The notes beneath the pieces are model-generated. The model did no database searches. It was not told the origin of the DNA and saw only the letters and a program-made list of their open reading frames with translations. DNA of 64,000 nt from Phoronis australis. Taxonomy: Eukaryota > Animalia > Phoronida. Of the stretch, positions 23,846 to 34,673 are shown in pieces (positions within the stretch are counted from its first letter, which is position 1; each line of letters begins with the position of its first letter). A program made the translations under genes and the position numbers. The stretch is taken from the NCBI GenBank assembly GCA_002633005.1, contig NMRA01000033.1:76436-140435 (forward strand), read 5' to 3'.

Positions 23846-25179
23846 AGGCGAAGGCAACCTTTTTTCATGTCACTTTTAGCAAAAATAAGGTCTGTTGATT
23901 ATCCCAGACATATTTTCACAAAATTACAGCTTTTCGTAATTTAATTAATTTCTCGTCCTCTACTCCGGAAGTGACGTTCTGGGAGGCAAGAATTTCGCGC
24001 CAATTTCTTTTCATACAGTCAGACTGTGAGAGCTGTCAAGTCAGTCATTGTTCTACCTCGGATGTGATAAGTTAGGTCGTCGTTTGCTTTTGTTTTCGAG
24101 TCAGTTAACATGCCACGCTGTTGCTGCATACCAGGATGTACTCCTTATCGTCTCACACGCGCTTTGGGTACCTTGCATCGCTTTCCAAAGGATGACACAC
24201 TTCGCCGTACTTGGCTAGCTCGTTCGAGTGAAGAACGCAGCGCTACCCGCTCACGCAACGTACGTACCGGGTACAAAGCAGCGGCAAGCATTTTCAGCCG
24301 TCAGATTGCGACAGAGATATGTTCGCTGAATCGATGAAGGTCCCTACGAAACAACACCTGAAGAAGGGTTCCATACCGTCGCTGCTGATTCCCGGCAGTG
24401 CTCCGTCGCCACCCCTGAGAAGTGCGCTTTTGAAGCGAGAAGCCTCACGAGCTGTGGCCACTATAAACAATGACTGGAGGCACTTCATCTACTGTCACCC
24501 ATGCCTCCGAACGTACCTCATAGTGTGCAATTCCAGGAACTATCAGTGATTCCCCGTGTGGTGTGGTGTTGTCTCTAGCCCACAGCCTGTAAGCAGCCCT
24601 GCAGCAATGTGGAGTAGTGGGAGTGAATACAGGCGCAGTTTGACACCCAGTGAAAAGTACAGTTCGTCATCCAATGATCACTGAGCCTAAGTTTGATAAG
24701 TTTATTGTGGACTTGTATTGGAGCTATTTAGAAGGTGTCATGAGTGTGACAAGGGAGTCGCGCGGCGGGACTTAGTAAGCAGTTTGGGTGCTCAAGTCAC
24801 CGTCCACTGGGAGTGTGACGCGGTACACTCGGGCACTATAAGTGGGACAGTTCTTCCTCTGTACGTGAGACGATAATGAGTACATCTCGGCAGGCAGCAA
24901 CAGTGTGGCAAAGTGTTGACTGACTCGTAAACTAAAGCAAACGACGACCCAACTTATCACCACCGAGGTAGAACAATGACTGACTCGACTGCTCTCACAG
25001 TCAGACTGTATGAAAAGAAAATGGCGCGATATTCTTGCCTCCCAAAACGTCACTTCCGGAGTAGACGACGAGTAATTAATTAAGTTACGAAAAGCTGTAA
25101 ATAAGTGAAAAAATATGTCTGGGATAATCAACGAACCCAATGTTTGCTAAAAATGACATGAAAAAGGTTGCCTTCGCCT
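23846..25179 (+). mobile_element. Non-autonomous Kolobok-like DNA transposon, ~260-bp TIRs, TTAA TSD, THAP remnant
   Basis: TTAA|aggcgaaggcaacc...ggttgccttcgcct|TTAA. The inverted match runs 23846-~24105 vs ~24920-25179. Internal MPRCCCIPGC...LHRFPKDDTLRRTW...KHF...LKKGSIPSL is frameshifted. Confidence 0.85.
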
Positions 25180-25479
25180 TTAATCAATCCCAATAGCCTT
25201 TGCGTACCCTAATTTCCGGACATGCGCATTCGTTAAATCGATTCGGTTGCAACTCCACTATTAGCTCTGGGTTTGAATGTGCTCACATGTGGTCTGATAA
25301 ATATTTGGCCTGCCTGTTGTCATACCAGATAAAAGACTGTGCTTGGCAGTTAACAAAGAAGCTAGATGTTATCACACGTTCACAACCCTCTACGTCTGGT
25401 AAAGGTACTGAACGGGAAGGGAATTTTTATGGTTGAATTTCGAACTCACTGTGTAAGTGGGCCCTTTTGCAGCCGGGTG

Positions 25480-25580
25480 ATCATGTAGCTTGAACTCTGC
25501 ATGGATTCCCGTTTGGGAGAACTGGGTTCGAATCTTGGCTTCAGTAGTGGCTCGGCTGACAAGCAGCGAGCATTGTACAA
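25480..25580 (+). mobile_element. Possible tRNA-derived SINE head remnant
   Basis: Box-B-like ggttcgaatct at ~25526. No intact cloverleaf. Confidence 0.3.
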
Positions 25581-26738
25581 AGTTCGGTGTCTACTACTCC
25601 TCGATCTGAGCGCGGTCTTAGAATGTTTGCAAGGGAGTGACTGCCGGAGAACCTGATGTCCGAAAGCGATTTCTGGGGCTGTCCTCTTATGATACTTTTA
25701 ACCTTTTTCCAAGGACTGAAATTGGAAAGGCAATCCACTCCTTCGTAGGAATAGGGGAACAAAATGATTAAGGTTCGGGAGTACTAGACTGTGGGATGAA
25801 AATATAGTTACTTGGGAAATATCGGTATAGATACGAAAAAGTAACTATGAACAAAGTTATTGAATAAGTAGACAAAAATCGCCTTTGTGTTGGAATTTTG
25901 CCTATTTCGTCCATTTTAATTCTAAAGTTTTTGACTGGTGTAGCTAACAGTACTAAGATTGTTGCTGCATAAAAGGACAACAGTTCATTAAAGACTAGTT
26001 AGCAGCAAAACTTTGACCCCTAAAAGTCTTATATAATCGTGGTTCTGTAAAAAATGTAAGTAGCACACCTTGCCACCAAACAAAACCTTTGTAGGCCTAT
26101 TTTGCATTCCTTTGGGGAGCATTTGGCTTCATTGCGGTTTACAGTTAACATTACCCACTGCGACACCCGATCTTGGAATGAACCAGCCGACCGGGCAACT
26201 GAAGTCACAGTCGGTCCCATCACGATTTTATGAGCTTAAGTGGCATAATTCATTTCCGTTGTTTTTTTTTTCGTAGCTGTAAACACAAGTCAGTTTAATG
26301 CGGCGTTGAACCTGTGCATTCTGTAGAAAAACAAGTTTTCATTTCGTCCACTTATCGTTTCGGAAATCGATCTTAAATTCCCTTTAGTCAAAATAAGTCG
26401 ATCATTTCCGCAAGTTTGGAAAGCCATAACTGACAGCTCGTTGTTTCTCCGGACCAAGCACGCTGGGTGGCCTGGAATTTTTTGAGCCTGGTCTAAAGAA
26501 ATAACGAATTACCGATCGGTTATCATTTCTTAACTTAGTAAGGAGCTGAGAAAGCACGATCAATTTTACTGTGGCCAAGAGGCCTAAACCAAAACTTGGT
26601 TTTCGACATAGAACTCTCTAGCCATGGAATGCCAACTCTCGCATGTGATCTATGTATTTGAGCTCGCGAGAGTTTGCTCTAAGAATTTCGGGCTGCCTGC
26701 TCGACTGAGTTTTAATCGAAAGTTGTAGTTTTCAAATC

Positions 26739-26996
26739 CATGCGCGCACCCAGCCTTCAATATGGGGGGCTCGACTTCCTGACTTTGTGAACCTTTTGGT
26801 AACAAAAAAGCGGGCGGACTACAAAAAAAAAAACGGGAGCACCTCTGTGATTTAATTGCTCGTTTTGGCGCATGTTGAATGGACTTATGCCTCATTTTCT
26901 CGGGCATTTTGTCTCTCAGAGGCGGACCTTTTTGCCCACTTCGCCAAATGGTGGGACTCGTTCGAGCCCCCCGAGCCCCGCCTGGGTGTGCGCATG
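26739..26996 (+). mobile_element. MITE family A, copy 3
   Basis: catgcgcgcacccag...ctgggtgtgcgcatg with a perfect 5-bp TSD aaatc. Confidence 0.85.
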
Positions 26997-27222
26997 AAAT
27001 CCAGCCTAATTTCATTGTTTCATTTTCGTTATTTTTGTTCATCAAGCGAGACTCTTGTGGTACGGTGCCATACAATCAGCGAGTTCTCGGAAAAAGTTAG
27101 TCAAAAAATCGACAGTTACAGTGGTCATTCTTGATAAGGACCGACCAATGGCCCTGGGTGGATGCTGGGAGTAGTTTGTCCTCTCATATCGTTTCAGCTC
27201 CAGAACCACTTTTGACAACCTA

Positions 27223-27986
27223 TAGACCGGGATCCCAGAGCTTTTTTGGGCATGAAAAGGTAACCAATTTTCTTTGGTGCCACAGTGCTCTATGGGTATC
27301 TTGATGCTTGGAAATGGCCGTCTGGCAGGTTCGCTCTGGTGGGTGTGGTCAGGGGAGACAAGAGAATGACACTCGAAAATTGAGCTAGATCAACTTTTCT
27401 GGTAACCACTTCAAACTGCCTTGGATACCTACTACGTAATCCACTGTATCAAAATTGGCCACTGCCAGACAGTTTCAGTGGTGGGGACTACCCGCCAGAC
27501 GAACATATTACAGGGTACAAAAATTGAGCTAGATCAATCCAAGAGGTAACCGCTTGAAACCAGTGGCAAAATATTCACCGTAAGCCCAGGTATCACAAAT
27601 GAACACTGCCAGACAAATCTAGTGGTGGGTTACCCCCGCCAGACACGCCCAAATACCAGAATTGAACTAGATCAATCCACCAGGAAACCGTTTGAAACCA
27701 ATTTCACGATGTTCAGCATCACTGAACATAGCACAAAAGTTAGATGCCAGACAATTTCTGCGGTGGGGTGCCCTTGCCAGACGATTATCAAAAAGGGCTA
27801 AAATTGAGCTAGATCAGTCCAAGAGGTAACCGCACGAAACCAGTTGCAAAATATTCACCGTAGCCCAGGGTGTCACGAATAAGCATTGCCAGACAAATCT
27901 AGTGGTGGGTTAGCCCCGCCAGACACGCCCAAATACCCGAGTTGAGGTAGATCAACCCACCAGATAACCGTTTGAAACCATTTGCA
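27223..27986 (+). repeat. Left TIR of the Academ element, with five ~140-bp subrepeats
   Basis: Reverse complement of 33676-34438. Variants of tgagctagatcaa recur at ~27381, 27524, 27663, 27805 and 27943. Confidence 0.95.
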
Positions 27987-28439
27987 TAATGCCCAGCAAC
28001 ATTCCACAGGCAACAACGCTGTGAGGCAATATCAAGTGGAGATTTGGTACATGCCCGGTTCGTATACCATGTCCATAGATAATCAATTTGAACCTGTTTT
28101 AATTGCACCATTAAGACATAAAGCGAACAGTTCTATTGTCCGAATATCTGTGTCGGGCAAATAAAATGCTTATCAAACTAACTTAACTGAAAAACTATTA
28201 GGACTCGTTATTCCCGAGCAATGTGAATAACAAGTTCGCAACATGAACAGTGTATTATATTTACGTTACAGCTTTAAGACGACTATATGAACGAAATGTC
28301 AGGTGCCATAAAGGTTTTTTCACCCTTTTTGGAGAACACCATACATGGGTAACAAACACAAAAATATAAAAGGAGACTTATTGCTATAACCAATATTCAT
28401 CTCATTCCAATGAGCCAACTTATTCACTGTGCATGTTTT

Positions 28440-31400
28440 AGTCAAATCCAAAGTGCCGTAATTAATCCTCTTCATCAGAGTCGGAGTCTTCACTCCACGG
28501 ATCATCTTCGGAATCTGACAGTTCTGCAGAAGAACTATCTCTAATGCTGGTTGCTTCATTCCCAAGGTTACTGCTGTTGACTTCTGCATTCGAACTGAAC
28601 AATATGTCAGGAAGAATGGACCCCTAAAACCAAACTGGCAGAAGTGTGTGAGTTTCAGTTGGATGCCAACCATAATCAGTTGGTGTCAGTCCATCCCCGG
28701 GATATGCTGTCGCGGCACGGGTCCAAAGCGCTGTGACGTACTGCGTTCGGCGAATCTTCATCTGCAGGCTACGGAGACAAGGTGGGAGCAACCCACAGTC
28801 AATTCGTTTTAAATTTGCGAGTGGATTCTCCTGAAAGGAAATTAAAAAATATAAGCATAGCTGACTTTGATGGTATTTAAAAATTATCAGGTTGAATATT
28901 TATATTGTTTACAAGTTATCACTACATACCTCAGCAACTTTGCCAGTCATGTCCATAAGTTTGACGAACCGGGCCTCGTTAACATCTTTGAGCTTAATTT
29001 TTGCGAACATGTGACATACGAATTCAGCGACTAAGCCGACATCGATGCTGCCATGCACATCTCCACAACTAGTGAACATATTGATGAACCTTTCATCAGT
29101 TTCAGTAATGTCCAAGGGTTTGATTTTGCCTTTTCTGGAAAATAAGGAATGACGTGTACAACTAATTCATAACAGAAATCTGCTTTATTTAAAGGAGTAA
29201 ACCATTATACGTTACTTAGACTTCATTAACATGGCAGACGTAATCACAGCCAATCGAATTCAATCAATTCTCCTCACTGCAATCGAATTCATTCAATTCT
29301 TGTCACTACTGCAATAATCAAGATTTCGATAACATACCTATAAAAGGCAGATGTATATTCACATCCAGTGAAGGCATGGTATCCAGGCATTGCTCTGGGA
29401 AGTCCGTACTTGCGCTCTTCAAGAACGTTTGCTATGTCGGAAATGTTGATAAATCTTCTGTTACTTCCCATCCCACAGTCCATGACAACGTCGGTCGTGG
29501 ATCTTATTTCTCGCCGCTGTTGTCCGAGTGTACTAAGCAAGATTACTAAAACATCTGTATCTGAAACCCTCACCATAACATGACCGATTGAAATGTTTGC
29601 GACGTGGAACGCAATCAGCGTAATCCGCTTCCTCGCGGTCACCTTGGAGATGGGCAGGTTCTGTCACCATGATTTGCTGGTTATCGTCGGGAAAGAACTG
29701 GTAGCAGTCACCACCGTGGGAAACAAACAAGGTTCTCCCACCAAACTAGGCCAATAATGGTCTTTTCTCCATTCGCCAGTTCCTTCTTGAACGCGCTGTT
29801 GTTCAGAAGTGTTTGTGAGCTCTGTCGAATAGTTTGATCAGGCCATGTTATGGCATACATGTTCTGCAAATGTCCTAAGTTCACTTACAGCCATTGCCCT
29901 TTGTGTCATAGAGAGGGACCATCGACGCATTGCATTCTCTGAGTTGCGGAAAGCCACTATCCCTGTCATGCTCGATGCTGCATCCCTGTTGACGAACTGT
30001 TCCAAAGAGAGGCCAACAGCCGATCTACTGAAGTTGTTCCTAGTGTATCGCACTGAAAACGCTCCGTTTTCCAGCACTTCGCGCAATTGTGAGTCTGGAA
30101 ATTTCAATTTTTGGTAAAACAACGTTCCCCATCTGGCATAGTTTGGGCGGTTCAGGGCAAAGAATACATCTAGCATTGTCGGGAAAATGTTGATATAACC
30201 ACTGATGTCATTGGTCTTGACGCATCTCTGGAGTTCTCTGTGCGCGCGGTTTATGAGAAAGATGTAGGTTGCCCAAAACTGAGCAGTTTTGCCATATTTG
30301 CCATTAATCACTGTGTGAAAGAAATCTTCATACTTCTGGAGATGCTGAGTGATCACAGGATCATCAAGGTTTGCCTCTATTTGTTCTGGATCTGAAGGAA
30401 ACTGCGGTCATAACCGTAAGGAACGATTCATATTCCTCCGGAGCCAAGTCATGCAGAAATTTTTGGTACATCTTGCCCTCCAAAACGTTAGCAAGAAGCT
30501 CGTGAACCGAAGTGCAGCTGTTGTAGAATTTTCCTTTAATGAAGCCCATCATAGACCCTTCTGCCAAGATACCAGTCTCTGAAAGTAGGAACTCTATGCC
30601 ACTTCCATTTATCATCATTCCCACAGCTCCATAAAAAGCCAGCTCCGTATGAGAATTACCGAGCATTATCAGCAGCTTATCAAACAATGGTCTTTCAAGT
30701 TCTTGTATTGCGTAGGCTTTTAAAGCAACTGCCAAGTCATATGTGACAACTACGTGGTCTTGCCCAGTCTCTCTGGCTACATTCATTGTGCGGATCATAG
30801 TTTCTTTAACAACATCGTTGTTGGTTGGTGATTTTGAAATGGGGTCCATGTAACAGATCCTTTGAAGAGGCAATGGGTCCCGTATGTAACTGCTCATAAA
30901 TCCAGCATGCAGTTGAGCTGTATGTTCTTGTAGTTTACTTTAGTGCCTCTGACAAGATTGTCACGTGTTTGAGCAGAGTTTATGTTGATACTGGAAAAGT
31001 AACATCCTTAAGAGATTTTCTGAATGGCCGCACTTCGCGCTCTACCCCCACAATCTGTCAGCGATTCCTTCCTTCTCGAAACAACAGTGCAGCAGAAGAG
31101 TCTTCCTTTCTTCTTCCACCGCATTTTGGTAGCTATGACCAACAGTTGCGTACAGGGTTCACATGCCATCTAATGTTTCGACGTGTGCGTCATTATTATC
31201 CCAAACAGAGGCAGTGGCTAGATTTGGAAGGGGTCGAATACCATCCGGTGCTTCGCGTTCATACGACTCTATGGAATACGTAAACTCAGTTTCAAGGCCT
31301 TTGCTTTCTTTGTAGCCGATGGAATGTCCTGCTCTGTTAAGAATCTGCAAAGACAGTTTTGAACCTGTCAGAGAAGACAGATCAAGTCCCAGGGACGTGT

Positions 31401-32311
31401 GCTTCCACGGCCTCACATTACCACGGGTAACGTTGTAAATGGCGTCAGATGCCATTGCGGTCACTTTGCGGTCTATGGATTCTCTTTGAGAGTTCGAGGT
31501 TGTAATGCCACCGAGAAGTGTTCGGTAGAACAGTTCAAGTTGCTGCGGTATCTTTGGTGCACATGATTTCAAATTCTGCACTGTTGTTGGAATAGGTGTC
31601 TTTGACTTAGGCAGTTGCAAGTTTTGAGATCAAAGATGAAGAGCAGCACATCTCAGTTTGTCATGTTTTTAGTTTTCTTCAGTTTCACCTTGCTGCTGCA
31701 CTAATGCATCTTCCTCTGTTACAGTGGAGCTAAAAATAAAATTCCCTTTCCGTTGATTTGACAATCTTACTTGAATTCTGCCTCCAAATTGGTCTTTGAT
31801 CTTCTTAAGGAGATTCTGAGTTGTGTATGCTGAGACATCAGCTTCTGTCCCACCATTACTTACATACTCTTCTTTGTACAAATCTAGCAAAGTAGAAAGA
31901 AGTATTGACCGCCGGTTTTCAAGAACTTCAATGGCTTTTCCCACAGAATATGCAAGAACCTTTCAACATGCCCTTATCATCGGACTTTGGGAGGGGACTG
32001 CAGCGTCTTGTAACAACGCAAGCCATTTTACTAGGAGTTGTGTCGTCAACTGACGGTCCATCTCTTGGCCGTTTAACAGCAGTGTATTTTCTGTGACAGG
32101 ATGGGTGATAGCGAAGATATAATTCTGTTTCACTAGGTTCCGCTATTCTTTGCGTAACAAGGGAGTATTTGTGGCATTTTAATTTTTTACGTAGAGTAGT
32201 AACGTTTTTCAGTGTTGACCAAGTGTTTTCTTTGAAAGTTTTCACCTTGTGTCCTCGTCAGTTGATGTTTGACAGATGAAGCAGCATAAATTACCTTCGC
32301 TTTCAAGAACC
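28440..32311 (-). pseudogene. Academ transposase pseudogene (spliced, frameshifted)
   Basis: RYHPSCHRKYT, CIFCGK, VWDNND, VVTYDLAVALKA, IMLGNSH, FALNRPNYARW, DREEAD, VRVSDTDVLVILL, HAFTGCEYTSAFYR|KGK, LLPPC and DYGW. GT-AG introns at ~29337-29136 and ~28929-28831. Confidence 0.85.
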
Positions 32312-32384
32312 TGTAATGAAAAACGTTTATTTGGTTTAAGTTGTTTTGTTTTCTTTATATATATGTCAGTGTCATTTTGCCCTC

Positions 32385-32946
32385 AAGAACGAGACATGGT
32401 CTGCCCACTGTTCCCCTGTCACTACAATGCCCGTCCCTCTGTTTCCCAACCAATATTCCGCTGCCCAATGTTCCCCCGTCCCCACGTTACCCCATCCCGA
32501 CGTTACCCTGGTCCTATATTACACGGTCTTGTTCCCACGTATCGGTGTACGTTAATTCAATTTCTGTGTTTAAAGGGAGCATTTGCTTACAGAAAAGCAA
32601 GTAAAGCAATTTATTGATAATGACAGACCAACCCAGTTTGTTTGGAGATAAAATCACATCTTGATAATGTTTATGATTGGCCAGAATCCTAGCGCTTTTC
32701 GGTCGCAAGATCTATAAATCAAGTAATCAACGCAAGGAATTGATTTCCGATGTACATAAAATGGGTGCGTGCGAGAGAACATGGGGGCAGGGGAACATAG
32801 CTACATCTAGACTGGAAAAACAGGATTTGGGGGAGAATATAGGGTCGGGAGAGGATCGGCGCTAGAAAACATAGGCCCGAGAAAATATCAGTTGCGGAAT
32901 ATAGAGTCGAGGTAACTCAGGGACCGGAAAATATCGATACGGACCC
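32385..32946. mobile_element. MITE-like insertion with inverted arrays of short subterminal repeats (tgttccc / ggaacatag) inside the Academ element
   Basis: C-rich ~17-bp repeats at 32400-32540 mirror G-rich repeats at 32775-32946. Degenerate, and no TSD confirmed. Confidence 0.55.
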
Positions 32947-33675
32947 AGCAAAACGATGGTCAAAATGAACAGAGCTTTCATTAAATAGTAAAAACTGCAT
33001 GTCACAGGGCACATGTGAAGGTCGATTTACCAAGAAAAAAATAGCTTGGGTCTATGACGGGCTTTCTAATTGTAATCCACCTGTTTGAAATCCCGCTACT
33101 ACTTGGCAGTCAACACTCATGGACAATTATATTAGAAAACTACTCACCGATAATTGTCAAGAATCTCCCGAAACCTCCGTTGTTTTCAGCTTTCAACGCC
33201 CATGTAAAATAGCTCGTCGTGGTTAAGCACGTGTACAACGGAAATGACGGTAGTTGGTGCGCATACATAACGCAGACGGCAGCAAAAGACGCCATTTCGA
33301 TTATTCCTCGTTGTAAGAGTTAAATCAAATGAGATGTGGATTTGGGTAAAATTCGTCCGAAAACAGGGGGACGTACTTTAGACTGGTAAAATGGGACGGA
33401 TTTCTAAGATCTATTTTTAATTGTGAATAGAATATATCATGTGGAGTATTCCGTTGTTGTTGCGTAGACTTGTGAGGTCGCTCCAACCGATCAGGCGCGA
33501 TTTTTCTGATATTTCATGCCCTGACATAAATTTGCAGACAAAAATCTCTCACCTTATTAAAAAGTGCTTGGTTCCTCAACTTGGTGCTTATTCAGCGTAA
33601 ATGGGCTTATAATGAATTTTGTTTCTACTCCTGCCATCTCGCTGTCGCATCATGTACAGTGATGCTGAACATCGT

Positions 33676-34438
33676 GCAATTGGTTATCAAACGGTTACCT
33701 GGTGGGTTGATCTACCTCAACTCGGGTATTTGGGCGTGTCTGGCGGGGCTAACCCACCACTAGATTTGTCTGGCAATGCTTATTCGTGATACCCTGGGCT
33801 ACGGTGAATATTTTGCAACTGGTTTCGTGCGGTTACCTCTTGGATTGTTCTAGCTCAATTTTAGCCCTTTTTGATAATCGTCTGGCAAGGGCACCCCACC
33901 GCAGAAATTGTCTGGCATCTAACTTTTGTGCCATGTTCAGTGATGCTGAACATCGTGCAATTGGTTTCAAACGGTTACCTGGTGGATTGATCTAGCTCAA
34001 TTCTGGTATTTGGGCGTGTCTGGCGGGGGTAACCCACCACTAGATTTGTCTGGCAGTGTTCATTCGTGATACCTGGGCTTACGGTGAATATTTTGCCACT
34101 GGTTTCAAGCGGTTACCTCTTGGATTGATCTAGCTCAATTTTTGTACCCTGTATATGTTCGTCTGGCGGGTAGTCCCCACCACTGAAACTGTCTGGCAGT
34201 GGCCAATTTTGATACAGTGGATTACGTAGTAGGTATCCAAGGCAGTTTGAAGTGGTTACCAGAAAAGTTGATCTAGCTCAATTTTCGAGTGTCATTCTCT
34301 TGTCTCCCCTGACCACACCCACCAGAGCGAACCTGCCAGACGGCCATTTCCAAGCATCAAGATACCCATAGAGCACTGTGGCACCAAAGAAAATTGGTTA
34401 CCTTTTCATGCCCAAAAAAGCTCTGGGATCCCGGTCTA
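33676..34438 (-). repeat. Right TIR of the Academ element
   Basis: Ends in ctctgggatcccggtcta. Only scattered mismatches to the left TIR. Confidence 0.95.
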
Positions 34439-34620
34439 CTATCATACTACATGCCAGGAGTTTTTCACCAAGACATTTTTGGGTGTTAAAATCATGTGGC
34501 AGAATTTTACGGAAAGAAGTTATATTTGGCCTAAATAAAAAGTTTACTTCAGTAGGCCCTAAAACTGACGTGTTTAGGCCTACGTAACTTTCGAAAAATT
34601 ACTCATAATTGCTTAGCTTA

Positions 34621-34673
34621 GTGTGTGTGTGTGTGTGTGTGCGCGCGCGCGCGCGTGTGTGCGTGCGCGTGTA
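34621..34673. repeat. Compound (GT)n(GC)n microsatellite
   Basis: About 50 bp of alternating purine-pyrimidine sequence. Confidence 0.95.

Larger units (their letters stand above)
27223..34438 (-). mobile_element. Full-length Academ(X)-type DNA transposon, 7216 bp
   Basis: TAG...CTA termini, 3-bp TSD CTA (27220-27222, 34439-34441), ~760-bp near-identical TIRs, and an internal transposase with XPG/PIN-like motifs. Confidence 0.88.

Noticed and set aside
25480-25560. tRNA gene
   Set aside because: Only a T-loop/box-B-like motif. No acceptor or anticodon stems can be formed.
26650-27134. Overlapping 141/92/73-aa ORFs
   Set aside because: They span a non-coding MITE and have no recognisable protein motifs.
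27370-27990. CRISPR-like repeat-spacer array in the TIR
   Set aside because: The linkers are homologous between units and the whole array is mirrored in the other TIR, so it is transposon end structure.
28440-32311. Programmed frameshifting or a functional multi-gene operon in the Academ interior
   Set aside because: The breaks are numerous, include in-frame stops and fall within conserved motifs, which fits decay of one ORF.
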